A program made the translations under genes and the position numbers. Under the pieces are notes generated by a model. The model saw only the letters and a program-made list of their open reading frames with translations. It had not been told where the DNA came from and searched no databases. A stretch of 64,000 nucleotides of DNA, from NCBI GenBank assembly GCA_027604505.1, contig JADIIX010000057.1:62001-126000 (forward strand), written 5' to 3'. This DNA comes from Gonapodya sp. JEL0774 (taxonomy: Eukaryota). Each line of letters opens with the position of its first letter. Within the stretch, counting starts at the first letter, position 1. Positions 49,260-62,422 of this stretch are shown here, in pieces.

Positions 49260-52084
49260 TCAATCGACCTTTTTTGTAAGCTCGTCTTTCACCTTTCCTA
49301 CCACCCCATCAGCGTCAAAGGCCATTCTCTCTCGTTTGACACGCTCCTCCGCTTCGTGAGCAATCTTCATGTCTTTGGCCCTTTTGTTTGTGAGAGAGAG
49401 GTGCAAGTTCGTTAGCAATCGCATTCACACACACGACGCCCCACACATTGTTGAGCTCACTTGGACAACAACTCTTCCAACGCCTTTTCAAAGGCCGAAA
49501 CGAGCCTACCAGCGTCACCGTCGCTCCAAAGTTGTCCAGACTCCGCACGGTAATCGAAGTCCATGTTAACTCCGAACGAAACGTGGCCCGCATATGTCAA
49601 CACAGCCATCCCCACTCCATTGGGCATGCAAGGTATGAAAGCGATACTTTAAAGGGAGTGTTTGTTAATCCGATTTGTAAAATGATCGGTAATATCTGCT
49701 CACTAGCGTTCCATTTCCGTCCCAGCCCAATTTACGGCAGTCGCTGGTCCTGGTACGTTCGTGAGGCTAGACGAGTTCATCATCAAGCAGAAAAAACAGT
49801 TTGATTTCCCAAATTCACAATTCGGGGTTTTGAGATGCAGTCCAACCACACTCACGGTCCAATAAGGAAAAATCGCCTGAGGATCCACGGCACCGTGGCA
49901 ATGTGTGGTGGAAGATTCGGGAAAAAGTACGCGAGAAGCATGATGTAATAGTAGATGACTGTGTTGAATTGGTGGGGAACGTTGTCACAATAGACTGATC
50001 ACATCACACCCAACCCCAAAAATCTTGGGATAATTCTTCCTGACACACAAGAGCCTCACTTGGTTCCAGACTCTTCTTCATGCGATTCATCGTGTTGGAG
50101 CTTTAAACGTCACATTTGGCGATCCAAATGGATGCATCCATACGGAATAGAACTTAATTGACGGTGTTCCGAACATCTAAATAAAAAAAGACACTTGCAC
50201 GACTTTGAGCATATCCACTGGGTCCACCACAAAGCCCTCGCTCCCTTTGCGAGTTTTAGAGGGAAGCGTCACGTACCTGGCCATGCACGTCGGAATCAAT
50301 GACTTCATCGATACGGACAATTCAAGACAAACTGCTTACCAGCCAGAGCTTTGGTTGGAAAGAGACAAGTCCGTTGGTGATCGCAGGGAAGCGGGTACCA
50401 AGTACGTGAAATTGTCATCCAGGAGATTTCCGCCCTCCATCAGGTAGTTTGACAATCCCACATTAACTGCTGTGAGAAGCAAATCATTGACGGTACATTT
50501 TAATGTGTCCTTTGCGAATTTTACATCCTTGAGCGGAATTTTCTTGGAGTACGATATCTGCAAATCCAAATGTCGGTTCATCGGAAACAGACTGAGAGAA
50601 TCACACAGTCTCACTTGCTTCTCCACAACAAATCCCCTTGGATTCCACATGGAGCGCCTCCGAGCGTAGATAATAAGCAAAATGGTGTTCCATAGAGCGA
50701 AGAGCAGTCCCGTCAAAACCCCGTAGAACGCGAACAGGATGGTCATTGCTAGAGTTATAAGAGGAAGAGCATACTTCTTGTACAGATTCTTGGGAGTTCT
50801 ACCCTTGTCGCCATCAGCGTGAGAACCTCCATTCGAGAGGATGGAGTGTCCGTTGACATGAGCTGAAACGCCGTTTGAGATTCCATTCGTAGCAAGTGAG
50901 CCGCTGAAGTTTCCGTTCGCTTTCCTCTTGAGTGACTCCAATTCAGCTGATGTGTCGACCTTGCCATTTGTGTGCTTAGCGTGCTGGGAATTAAAGAGAT
51001 TTCCCGCCTGGTACTGCAACGCCGAAAGATCGACTTCCTCATCGGGATTCGCGATCGGAGGTGGTAGTCCAGTGACAGGATCGAGGGCTGGCCACAAAGC
51101 GTTTTCATAAAATTTGAATCCCAAAGCAGCCTGACACAATGATTCTCGGCTCACTTGCGACATATGAGAGAAGAGCACGAATGAAACCTTGTATAATACA
51201 GAAATTACAAACATTTATAAAGGATTAAAGGATCAAGCAAATTGAGACAGAACTCACCTTGCCCGTCACCCGCAGCATGATGAGCAGGCCACCACAAGGC
51301 GCACTTCTCTCGACCGTCCTCTCTCAGTCCCTCCAGGTACACTGCTTTCCAAAGAGGTCTTGAATAGTCCCAACTCTCAGAGATGAGTTTGGAGCAAGCT
51401 TGCTGCAGCGCCCGGTCATCTCCTGGCTCGGCCTGCCATCAGAAGAAACTCAAATCTCGAAAGTCGCAGAAACGAGTGGTAAAATCCTACAATTTTGACA
51501 ACCTGGAAGTGTCTTTCGATGTCGAACTCTTCATCGATTTCGAAGTAGGGACGACCAAATCGACGTAGCAGAAACGGACCGTCGTCGTTGCGGACGATTT
51601 TGGATATTACAGCGGCGCCATGTCTGTCAAATTCAATTCATTTTATCGTGGCTCTGTGAGACTTTCTTACGTACTTGAAGAACAATTGTGAAAGTGAAGA
51701 ACTCTCACCGGCGACAGTAGCCTGCAATCTGAGCCTTAACGAGATCCGGAGGGATCTTCTTTTCAAACATATATATTCCAGAGACTGTCATGCTCCACCA
51801 TGGATTATCGAAATAGAGGAAAAGGCTATCAGCCTATCCCACCGAAGAAGATTCGCCATTGCATCTCGAATGGACAAGCGTGTGCAGGCACAACGTACTC
51901 CAGTTAGATATCGAACATCTCCGATTCCCAACTTCTTCACGTACTCCTCGCCAACGTAAGGTGTAACAAACGTGTCACGCAATTTGCGGAACCACCCAGG
52001 AAAGCGGTACTTGTTCGAGGTGCGTTTCTTTTCGTTCTCAATGAGCTCCTTCCACTGATTGGGTTTTGCATCCATGTCAGACAT
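49260..52084 (-). CDS. Wax ester synthase/diacylglycerol acyltransferase (WS/DGAT family)
   Basis: Catalytic HHxxxDG as 'HHAAGDG' (~51262-51282), 'CTVNDLLL', 'LVPASLR', 'SLTNVPGP', 'LTYAGHV'; internal hydrophobic helix. Confidence 0.85.
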
Positions 52085-52367
52085 GAGCGGACGAATTCGT
52101 TTGGGGATGTGAAGATTCTCTGGGGATGCAGGGTCGGAACGGGTTGCCGAGTTCGTATAATTCGGTAATCAGCTGATTTCGATGCTGACTCAGTCCTCAT
52201 CCGCACAAGAGCCCATGAAGTGGTCCCTTCATTCCCTTTTCCTCTTTCCATCGTCAGGATTCTGCAATTCTAGTAGCTTGTTTAAGTTAATCATCATGTA
52301 AAGAATATTCATGACCAGTGCATGAGCAAAATGCAAAACTCTGTCCAACCACTTTGTATGTATTCCA

Positions 52368-53800
52368 TCAAGCACCCGCCACACTCTTGGAACCAGCCAT
52401 TCTGGCTAGCCTTTCGTTCGTCAGCTCTTCGCGTTGGCTTGCGAGTACAGCTTCTACATCTCTTAGGAAAATCTGTAGTTTGTAATCCCGAGGGTCACTC
52501 CCCAGTCGCAGTGGTGACCTTGACGGCACGACAAGACTCACCTTTGGAATCTTACCCCCGTCTGTGGATCCATCCAGACCTGGTAGATCGGTGATATTGC
52601 CGCATACAGGTTGGTTCCTGCTCCACTCTCCTTCATAACATCGCCTCTGCGAACGATATATGTATCGCCCAGGTCCTTCTTTCAGGTCGTCCATGAACGT
52701 GCCAGAGTAGATGTTAGACGTTGTGGCTATACATTGGGTGAAATGGAGATTTGAGCGACGTGATGGGATCAAAGATATGTTGGACATACTTCCCAAGGAT
52801 ACTTCCAGATCCCTACCTTCGACAAGTACACCCTGCCCATGTCTTTTCCCTCGCCGCCACTCACCCTCGAACCGATCTCCGTTCACGTACGACATAGTAC
52901 CCCACCCGTGTTGCATATCGTCACGCCACTCACCCTCATACCTGGCGCCGTCCGGGTAGAAAAAGGTGCCTTGACCGTTTCTCTGGTCGTGTGCCCAATA
53001 GCCTGCGTAAATCTTCGTGAGCGGGACCGGTTGTGGGGCTGGGGTATTGGAGTCTGTGTGTGGTCGAGGCTTGATCACTGGCCGGAGCGCCGGGGCGGTC
53101 GAGAGTTGGTTGAAGAGCTCTGTTGTTGCTTTCGTAGACAGTTTGAACATTTGCGCGGCGTCTTTGCTTTTAGGTGAACTCGGATTTGTCTCTCGAAATC
53201 CGCCCAAAGACTGTGTGGGAACCGAAAGTGTACCATATCCTGACCTCTGTCCTTCGATCCATCCTCCCTCATAAACTGAGCCATCCTTCGCAGTCACTTG
53301 TATGCCATTTCCTGTCTTGCACGTGGGGACCCCGGGCCCGTGTGGTCAGTAGTCCGCCTTTCTGCATTTTTCTGTTCATCGAACCCACCGTGCTTCTTGT
53401 CGGCATGCCACTCTCCGAGGTATCGATCGCCGTTAGTGAAAAACACCATTCCATGAGTACCCTCCTTCTGTGCTAGGCGGTCTTTGACCTTCCAGCGAGC
53501 TGTCTCGCTGAGGTCAATGCAACCGATGAACAATTGATGGGTTCACCGTAGGATATTATTGTAAGTAAAATGCGAACAGAGGGGAAAGTTTGTTCGATCT
53601 GCATGATACTTTTGTCCGGCAAAACTCGCAGTGAAAAGTGGGGGACTCCACCAGATATGAGGGACTCACACTATGCCCTTGTGTCTCTCCAAAGTCAAGC
53701 TTCTTTTGAAAGGATTCTCCAAGTCGAAGCCTTCCTCTGCGAATGGTGACTTGTAAGGCTCAATTTCTGATTGAGAAGTACTTGAGAAGAGTGTCGGCAT
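52368..53800 (-). CDS. MORN-repeat protein (MORN3-like, flagellar)
   Basis: Multiple YxGxWxxxxxHGxG repeats ('YLGEWHADKKHG', 'YEGGWIEGQRSGYG', 'YEGEWRDDMQHGWG', 'YSGTFMDDLKEGPG'). Confidence 0.85.
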
Positions 53801-54006
53801 TTTAGTTTGATGAGTGGGGAAAAGGAAGAACCAAAGACAACGAAGAAGTGTAAGAGACTGAATATGATAGAAGATATTAGGTGAAGAACGGCTTGGTTGG
53901 CGAAGGAATGCGAAGATCAGTTGTGCGTGATCTGATGAGTGTGAAGGCCCGATCAGCTCATTCACGCCCTCTGCCCGTCAGTAACAGATTTCGGTGATTC
54001 GTGGCG

Positions 54007-57000
54007 ATGGGAGCTCTGTTATCTCTTTGCTTCGGCAAAGGAGGCGAAGTGTCCACGGAGCCACTGCAGCAGGACTCTGATGTAAAACAGGAGACGGCGG
54101 AAGACGAATCTCCGCGCAGCCGGGAGGAAAATCCTCTGGGTGAGTCTTGTCGTATTCTTCGATGCAGATGACGCTACATATTTAATCCCGGGCTTTGATT
54201 CGTCATCGTGGCGCCCCGCATGCGCGCAACTGGTGTGGCCTTCGTATGAATGTGATTTGACACCTCCGTCATTCACAGATATTGAAAATGAAGTCCCGTC
54301 CACTTTTTCCATCTATACTCTCCTCTCGGAGGCTGCCGACAAGTTCTGGCCGGCCCCGTCAAAATTCAACACCAACGTTTTTGAATCACTTCTCGCCCCA
54401 ACTGAATACGTCAAACCGCCAGCCACTGAGCCCGAAGAATCACTCGAGCCGGAGCATATCTATGGCTTTCGTAGTCGGGATACGCGTGGGAATCTGTTCT
54501 ATATGTGCGCGAATCCGTCAAACGGAAGTCAATATGCACAGTCCGTGGCTTTCTCGGCTGGTACATTCGGGGTCGTCCACAATCTTCAACATAGCACGCA
54601 GACAATGTTCAATCACCACCAGAGAGAAGTGACGTGCACGTGTCTCCATCCGGATCCTGGGACAATCGCTACTGCGGAACTTGGTGTAGCTCCCGTCATC
54701 CATGTCTGGTCCGTGGAATTGAGCCAGGAGGCTGGAAGTTCTGGAAATAGCCTTGCACAATTGAATTCCACTTTGACTCCGTCAATCCCGGTTGCCGCAG
54801 CCGCAATACCAGAGAATGGCCGAACAAAGCGACTCTCAACATTGGCCCTGCCGGAGAACCTCGACGGAGTGACAGCTATGATATTCACAAAGGACGGGAA
54901 TTGGCTTATTGTCGCTGGATTTAGTGTTGACGTTGATGTTACACCCGTACGTTCATCTTTCCGGGAGTGCCCCTGATTGTAACTACGAGAACTTCACAAA
55001 ACCTTCGGTACCGGTACCTCAGATCTACGTTTTCGACTGGCGGCGATCAGAGAAGGCCCCAGTGATGGTTCAAGGACACAACGATCGTGTATGGGAGCCA
55101 CTTTGTCTCGTTATCTCGCGCGCCCACACACTAACCGATTCGCTCGAAAGATATTCTCCGTCATCTGCAACCCATTTAATCGCCGCGAGTTTGTCACTGT
55201 GGGCGTCCGCCACATAAAATTCTGGAAGATTGAGACTGGTATCATGTCCGATAAGAGTTTGGTTGTCGGGGAGGACGGTCACACCGGAAAAGGAGTGACA
55301 CAGGTGAGATATGTCGTTGCATATGCCGCACGGCTTTTTGCATTGTATCTCCGAGAAGTAAACTCAAATTATGCGCTGTCAATGCTTAGACATTTTTCAG
55401 CGGGTGTTTTACAAAGCAGAAAATTCTTGTGACTGGGTCAGCCATTGGGGATGTGGTCTTTTGGAAAAATGGAAGTAAGATTGCTGACGTAACGAGCGCA
55501 CACAAAGTGGTTACTTGTTTCTCTGTAAAAAGAAGTGGATTGCGTCCTTCTCACCTGTCTCTCAACCCAAATTAGGGTCCCATATATTCAATCGTCCCTC
55601 TCGACAATCCCGGTGGATTTGTCACAGGTGGCCAAGACGGACGTATTATTGTCTGGTCTGATCCTTCTGCTCTGAACGGGCCAACACAGATGTCTGAAAT
55701 CAAATTTGAAGGTTCTGGTGGCATACGATCTCTGGATGTTGGTGCTCTCGGTGGGATCTGGTGGGGTTGGGGGGACAACTTCTCCCGACGAGCGAGCAAA
55801 GTGATCACCAACATGGCCGTCGCCAAGAGGAAATCCATAGACGTCACGGGCCTCGCGTCACCACTCGGCTTCCCAGCACTCACAGCCGGGCAGCGAGCCT
55901 CGGAAGCCGATGTAGGCACACACTCTCCGCAACCGTCCTCCCCGGTGTCTGTTGATGGGTCACGTCCAGGGACTCCCGCACCTGGAGCACCTTTGACCGT
56001 ACGCAATGCTATATTGGTCGGTTGTGGAGATTCAACCATTTGGGAAGTGCAAGGCTTTCGTGACGACAGCAAGGTGTTGGTGATGGAAGCACATTCCACC
56101 ATGCGGGGAGCGGAGGTGTGGGGATGCGCTGTGCACCCGGTGGATAGCGATAGATTCGCAACAGCAGGTATACAACTGAATCATGTTTATGTGGTGATCG
56201 GATCATCTCGTCGAGCCAACGACCCTTCCACCTTCAGGGGATGACGGATGGGTAAAAGTGTGGACTGTGAGCGGAAAGGGGGTAATGCATCGAAGAAATC
56301 TCGGAATTAAGCTACGGTCATGTGCTTGGCATCCCGCGGGCAAGTCACTTGCCATTGGCACCGATGATGGAAGCGTGAGATCCAACTGAGTCTCGGTTGG
56401 TGGATGATCTCTTATTTCGATCGCGGTTTTGCCTCAGTTCTTGGTGTTGACCGAGAATCTAGATGTTGCTGTTACACCCATAAAGAACCGACTCGCTACC
56501 ATTCATGTTCTTTCATACTCCCCCGATGGGCGATTCCTCGCCGTTGGATGCCACGACAATTTCTTGGACGTGTATGCCGTGGAGGGCGAGAACGGCTGGT
56601 ATCAGCGAGTTACCTGCTGCAGAGTGAGAATAAATTTATATGCACACGAGAATTCTCTATGATATTATACTTTCATTTGCAGGGCCACTGGAGCTTCGTC
56701 AGTCAAGTGGATTGGTCACAAGACTCATCAAAACTCCGCTCAAATAGTGGAGATAACGAAGTTCTTTTTTGTGAGTTCTTGACGCCTTGGAGTGCCCTGA
56801 GCAGTCTGAAACAATGAGTACTTTGCAAGGGGTCGTCACACTTGGTGAAGTCATGGATACCGACGCGGCCCTATTCCGTGACGTCAAATGGGCAAAATCG
56901 ACGTGCCCTATACAATGGGGCACGAAAGGAGTCTACGGAGGCAAGATTGGCTCGACAGGGGAACGTGATGTGCGACTAAATTACTGCGATGTGAGTTTAA

Positions 57001-57362
57001 GACGTCAGTGGGTACCCACAGATACTGAGTGGCCCGATTTCGATTGGAATCAGGTGGTCTGTTGTGATCGAAGTGGTTCGGATCCAGAGAACCCCGAGTC
57101 AGGTTTACTGGCAGTGGGTGATGTCGATGGGCGTGCGCATCTGTTTCGTTTCCCAACTTGCCACGATGAGGTTGGTTCCTTTCAGGCGTTCGCTTAATCC
57201 TATACACCAGTGATATATCCATGCTCTAACCAGATGCCCTGCAAGACGTATGCCAGTCATGGGGGATTTGTTTCTAATGCGCGGTTCTCATGTGATGGGA
57301 AGATTCTAATCACAGTCGGAGGGTTAGATGGCTGTATAACTCAATGGCGTCTCTCCGACTAG
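54007..57362 (+). CDS. EMAP-like (EML) HELP-motif WD40 microtubule-associated protein
   Basis: HELP motif 'PEESLEPEHIYGFRSRDTRGNLFY', 'FVTVGVRHIKFW', 'YSPDGRFLAVGCHDN', 'GHWSFVSQVDWS...LRSNSGD.E.LF', 'ITVGGLDGCITQW'. Confidence 0.88.
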
Positions 57363-57551
57363 ATATGTACATATATATATCTATATCTATAACTTGCTTA
57401 AATATGAAAGTGACATCACTGATTTTCTGCAGATAGCCCAGCAGGGTTCCACTACATACCTGAAGAATTGATCCAACCCTTATTTCACCGATCATCATAA
57501 ATAATTAATAAGTCTGTGTCCGTTCTTCCGCCACCGGATCGAGACCTCATC

Positions 57552-60500
57552 ATGAACAGCAGTGAAGCCCGAGTAGTGGCGGACTTACAGCAACCACCTC
57601 CTCAATCATCTCCGACGATGGCTATGGATGTGCCCGTAACTCATTCTTCTCTGGGAACTTCCGACGGCATTCCTGCTGAAACTCCCATCGGGGCTGCTGC
57701 AGAAGCAGCAGCAGTAAGCAATCCAGCTGTGAAGGAGGCGCCGAAAGACAAGGATGGTGCAACCTCAGACGATGCCAAATCCGGTGGTGGAACTGGAGAA
57801 TCACAACAGCTCATATTAGGCCGCTACGCTCCCCAGAAAGTACTAGGACAAGGATCATATGCAAAGGTTTGTGGTCGTATGTGGTGATTGTGGATAACGT
57901 TTGACCTCTTCCTTCCAAATCAAGGTAAAACTGGCTATTGATATTGAGACGAAGCAAAAGGTCAGTGGATCCTTGTTGAGCATTGATGCCCTTTCGTAAT
58001 AATTAAAGGACTGGTGGCATGGTTGTATGCGGCTCACGACAGGTTGCCGTCAAGCTCTTCGATAAAACGCAAATAACAAAGCCATCGCAGGTCAAACGTC
58101 TGAAGCGAGAGGTTAGGTGCGTGATATGAAGCGGATGAAGCGTCTCGGGCTTGCTATCGTTTTCCTTGTGACCCACATCCGTCTGGTACTCAAGACTACT
58201 TAAACTGCTCAATCATCCTCACATCATAAAACTCTACGAGGTTGGTGAGACAGAAGACAGGGTCATTCTTATCATGGAATACGTTGCTGGGGGAGAACTC
58301 TTCGACTACATTGTTGCAGCGGAGAAAGTTCCCGAGAAGACAGCGAGAAAGTTGTTCCGGCAGATGGTTTCTGCCTTGGAATACTGTCATCGATCGCAGA
58401 TTATCCATCGGGGTATGTGATTTATCCAGCGTCTATATTCGTTCCAATTATCAACTAAATTGGGTTTGATTACAGATTTGAAACCCGAGAATGTCCTTTT
58501 GGACAGCGAAGGAAACGTGAAGATCGCAGGTAATTCATACATGCGAAACTGAATACAACTTCCAACCGCTCAATGGCCCCCTCCTTTCTCTGTAGATTTT
58601 GGCTTCGTTTCCCTCTTTGACAAATATAATCGACTGGAGACCCATTGCGGATCACCTTACTATAGTTCCCCAGAAGTGGTGCTGGGAAAGAAATATATTG
58701 GCCCCGAACTAGACATTTGGAGCTTAGGTGTGTTATGACTTTCTATCTGGCCATATTGTCTGCCTGACGGGGTGCTTTTTGGTCAGGGGTTTGCTTGTAT
58801 GCTTTACTGTCCAGTCGTGTCCCGTTTCATGGTAAGGAACTTAAAGAGACCCAGGACAAAATCACCCGCGGGAAGTACGAGACACCAGCATACTTCTCTG
58901 CTACTGCAAAGGATCTTGTGCGCCGAATGCTGGAAGTGGACCCAACTCGCAGGATATCGATAGCGGATGTTGCCAAGCACCCATGGGTTTGCGAAGGGCA
59001 CTCCGGTCCTCCGGAGAGCCTTCTTCCAGAGAGACCAGCAGTTGCTGAAGTTGTTCCAGAGGTGATTGGGAAGATGGCAGCATTTGGTTTCAAAGATTCG
59101 ATTGCGGCAGAAGCTAAAATCAAAGTATGCGAATGTCACGTGTGCGCTATATATTTACAAGTTCTGATAACAGCTTACCCTTCTCAGAAAGCACCAAATA
59201 GCGCAGAATTTGCGCTGTACTATCTCATTCGAGTGAGTGTGCACTTGTCTATGGCCTGATGGACTTTCGGCGTTCCCGACTAAATTTTGACAATACAGGA
59301 GCAAATGATGCGATCGGGCAAACTTAAGCTAAAACAGGAGGACAAGCCGGCATCGGAAGTTGCCCAATCTGCTCGAATGCCTAACCAGGATTCCAGTACG
59401 CTCACTCGACGGCGTGCTAACTCTCAGCCTCCATCTCCACTGCGCACCGCGGAACTTGCGGCAGCGGGAGGGGCTCTTTTCGAAGTGCCCACGTCCGCAG
59501 ACGATGACGATGTTATTGCGAAGGATGATGATGCAGAATCAGCAGAGAGCCGCAAATCCAATCAAGGTCTCGGTTCGAATGGGCCTGGCTCCTCACTGAC
59601 GATGCCACTTCCCAACCGCAGACGCGCGAGGAGCATGGGCGTTACCGAAAGCTCGAAGGAAACCCGTGTAACTACGGCAAGTGAAAAGGCTGGGTCAATG
59701 GGATCGTCGACTGTGCCGCGATCCATGGGTACCCAGCCGCTCCCCGCATCGCTACCGGGTGAGGATGCGGAGGCATCATCACAATCCTCGGAGGACATGA
59801 CGAAGAAAACGAAACCTTGGTATAAAAGGATTTCGTGGTCAGCAAAGAAGAAGAAGGCTGTGGGAAGCGGCATTGTTGACGGTGGTGGCCTTCAGAAACA
59901 AGATTCTACAGCTGATTCGCGGTCTGCAACAACTGATTCTCGATCGGTTGCAAGTGATTCTCGCTCTGCCGGCACTCTGCCTGACTCCGAGGATACCACT
60001 ACCACACGAAATCCCGCCGCCAGTTCTTCTCGGGCCTTACCTATTCCAAGAGACGCACAAGTGTCAATGCATCTATCTCTTCAGCGGCCATCGCGCCCAT
60101 CTGGAAATGCACCTCGTCCAAAATCGCTATTGGAAGCCCAAATGCCTTCCACCGCGTTCAATCAGGCACCAGCACCAGCTGGGCTCGCGCAACCAACAGA
60201 ACTTCTTAATGCATACAGTACAACCATCAGTACTTATGAATCTCGCGATGAAATGGCGAGTGGATATTGGACCCCCAGTGAAGCATCAAACGCTCAAGCG
60301 GCGGATCCGAAGACACTTACACAGCGCCTTTTGAGTGTTAGCACGATGCCTAGAAGAAGGAAGTCCAGTGGCGCTGGGAGCACGCATGCGAACGTATACA
60401 ACAGCAGTGCCTTTGGACTTCCTGCAGGTGCGGAAGGAAGGGCGGGAAAAGAGGAGCAGGAGGAGTCATCTTCGACTCTACCTCCACTACCAATGTCTTC

Positions 60501-61045
60501 TACTCTTGGAAGGGCCCATTCAAGGCAGCGATCAACTTCTAACCCAGTTTCTTATGCTCGGGATACAGATATCCTCATGCCTATCCACAAGCAAGTGAGC
60601 ATCTTGTTTCGTGTTTGTTGAAGGCTCGCCTAGAGTCGCTTTTGTTTGCGCAGACACCCGGCACTGCCCTTGTTGTGGAGCCCAAGAAGTCCTCTCACCT
60701 GTCACAATCTTTGCGAAAAGCACTAAAATCCCTTGGTGTCGGATGGACTAATGGGGTCCCCATGCCGGGCCCGGAAGCCGAAAATTGCTATAGGCTCGTG
60801 TGTAGGCGGGACCCGGAAGGTGACGAAGGTGTTCTCGAATTTGAATCTGAGATGTACCAGATCCAGGTAAAGATCGGAAATGGGTTGAATCCATCCCCCC
60901 GCAACCGCCAAACGTCCTAAAATCTTATTTCTCTGTCACTTCCCAGGAAACCGGCCAGGTCGGTCTCCTCCTTCGCAGAATAAACGGTGATTTTGTTGAA
61001 TACCAAGATCTCTGTCGGGAGCTTGTGGTAATACTGAGCCAATAA
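57552..61045 (+). CDS. CAMK-group Ser/Thr kinase, MARK/KIN1-like (kinase, UBA-like, C-terminal KA1-like)
   Basis: '[10 protein letters not shown]', 'VAVK', 'HRDLKPEN', 'DFG', '[10 protein letters not shown]', 'DIWSLG'. C-terminal 'FESEM...[19 protein letters not shown]'. Confidence 0.9.
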
Positions 61046-61154
61046 ATTAAATGCCTAGTAAAATAGTCTTGTAGAGATTATTATGTGAAATATAGAATTC
61101 ACCGAAGCACTCTCTTCTGGCGTTTTGCTCGATCAACAATGTTTGCAGGAACAA

Positions 61155-62290
61155 ATGGCGAGTCTTTATGCCAGAGTTTCCTCCGTTTTCACGAGGGCTC
61201 TCACAGGTGGCGATCTAGTATTCACGGAGAGCACGATACGATACTTCGATGATTCTGGATTGAAGGTCAGTGTGACGAGTGAAACAGGTAGAGGCAGTAT
61301 CACAAGCATCAATCCGCAACCTGAACTGGCCAATTTATAGTTCCAAATTCGCTTCGCGCCGGCTCTTGCCAAAAAGCCCACACTGCCGTCGATCGATCGG
61401 TCAGAAGACAAGCGGTCTCGCGTCGCCAACCCTTTCTTCCCGCCAGATCCAAATCTTCTGGTGACCGAGTTGGGGAGTCATAACTTGATTCTGAACAAGT
61501 TTTGTCTCGTTAAGCATCACTTACTATTATGCACAAAAAGTGAGACATTTTCATATCCTTCAGAACAACATGTTCCGTATCAATTGTGGGTGTTAGGTTT
61601 CGAATCACAGCACTGCCTCCTTAAGTCTGAGGATCTCATCGTCCTCTGGGAGTGTCTAGATGCACTCGACGATAATGGAAAGAATAAGTTCATGGCGTTT
61701 TACAATGAGGGAGTCAACAGCGGGGCGAGGTACTCCGTCCATCAAGTTTCTTCTGCGAGTTGATTTTTAACACTGTTGAACTTTCCAGCCAAGCACACAA
61801 ACACTGTCAGATGATTCCTGTGGACAAGAACGATCCTTCGTCCCTCCCCATTGAAGAACTGATCCAGCATCACGTTCAAACATCTGGCGGCGATCCAAAC
61901 ACCCCTTTTAACATTCCCAACCTTCCATTCCACCATGCCGCTGTATTACTACCTGAGGTTGAATCGAAAAGTCGGGCAAAAGCTCTTGAGCGAACGTATG
62001 AAAATCTTGTTGACGCAGCCTTTTTGCCTTTGGGTGTGTCCAGAACAGTATGGGCAAGAGCAGATCCGACCGCCTCCTCCATGTCACCAGATATTCCGTC
62101 CTCCAATTTCATAATGACACGACAATGGATGCTCTTAATCCCAAGAAGGATGGAGAGTGTCGAAGGCATTTCCATAAACTCAGTTGGCTATGCTGGCATG
62201 CTATTAACAAAGACGGAAGCAGATATAGAAAAACTCGTGAAATTAGGGCCGATGAAAGTTTTGACAGAGCTTGCTTATCCTGGAAAGTGA
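61155..62290 (+). CDS. Ap4A phosphorylase / ATP adenylyltransferase (APA1/APA2 family)
   Basis: 'NPFLPPDP', 'LNKF', 'FYN.G..SGASQAHKHCQ', 'WMLLIPRR', 'INSVGYAG'. Confidence 0.92.
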
Positions 62291-62422
62291 ATGAATAAAT
62301 TACATGGCAGTCCATTCAGGCATCGAGGGATCATTGGGCCTGGAAGCCTTCTTCGCACAACTTTGGTCAATGACAACAAATGATCTTCACTCCATTCCCA
62401 CACACTGTTCTTACATCGTCGA

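Noticed and set aside
53965..53990. RFX X-box in the MORN/EML promoter
   Set aside because: Only one half-site matches, which is too weak to call.
61550..61562. ATATCCTT resembling a U12 (AT-AC) donor
   Set aside because: It lies inside an ordinary GT-AG intron of the APA gene and is not needed to restore the frame.
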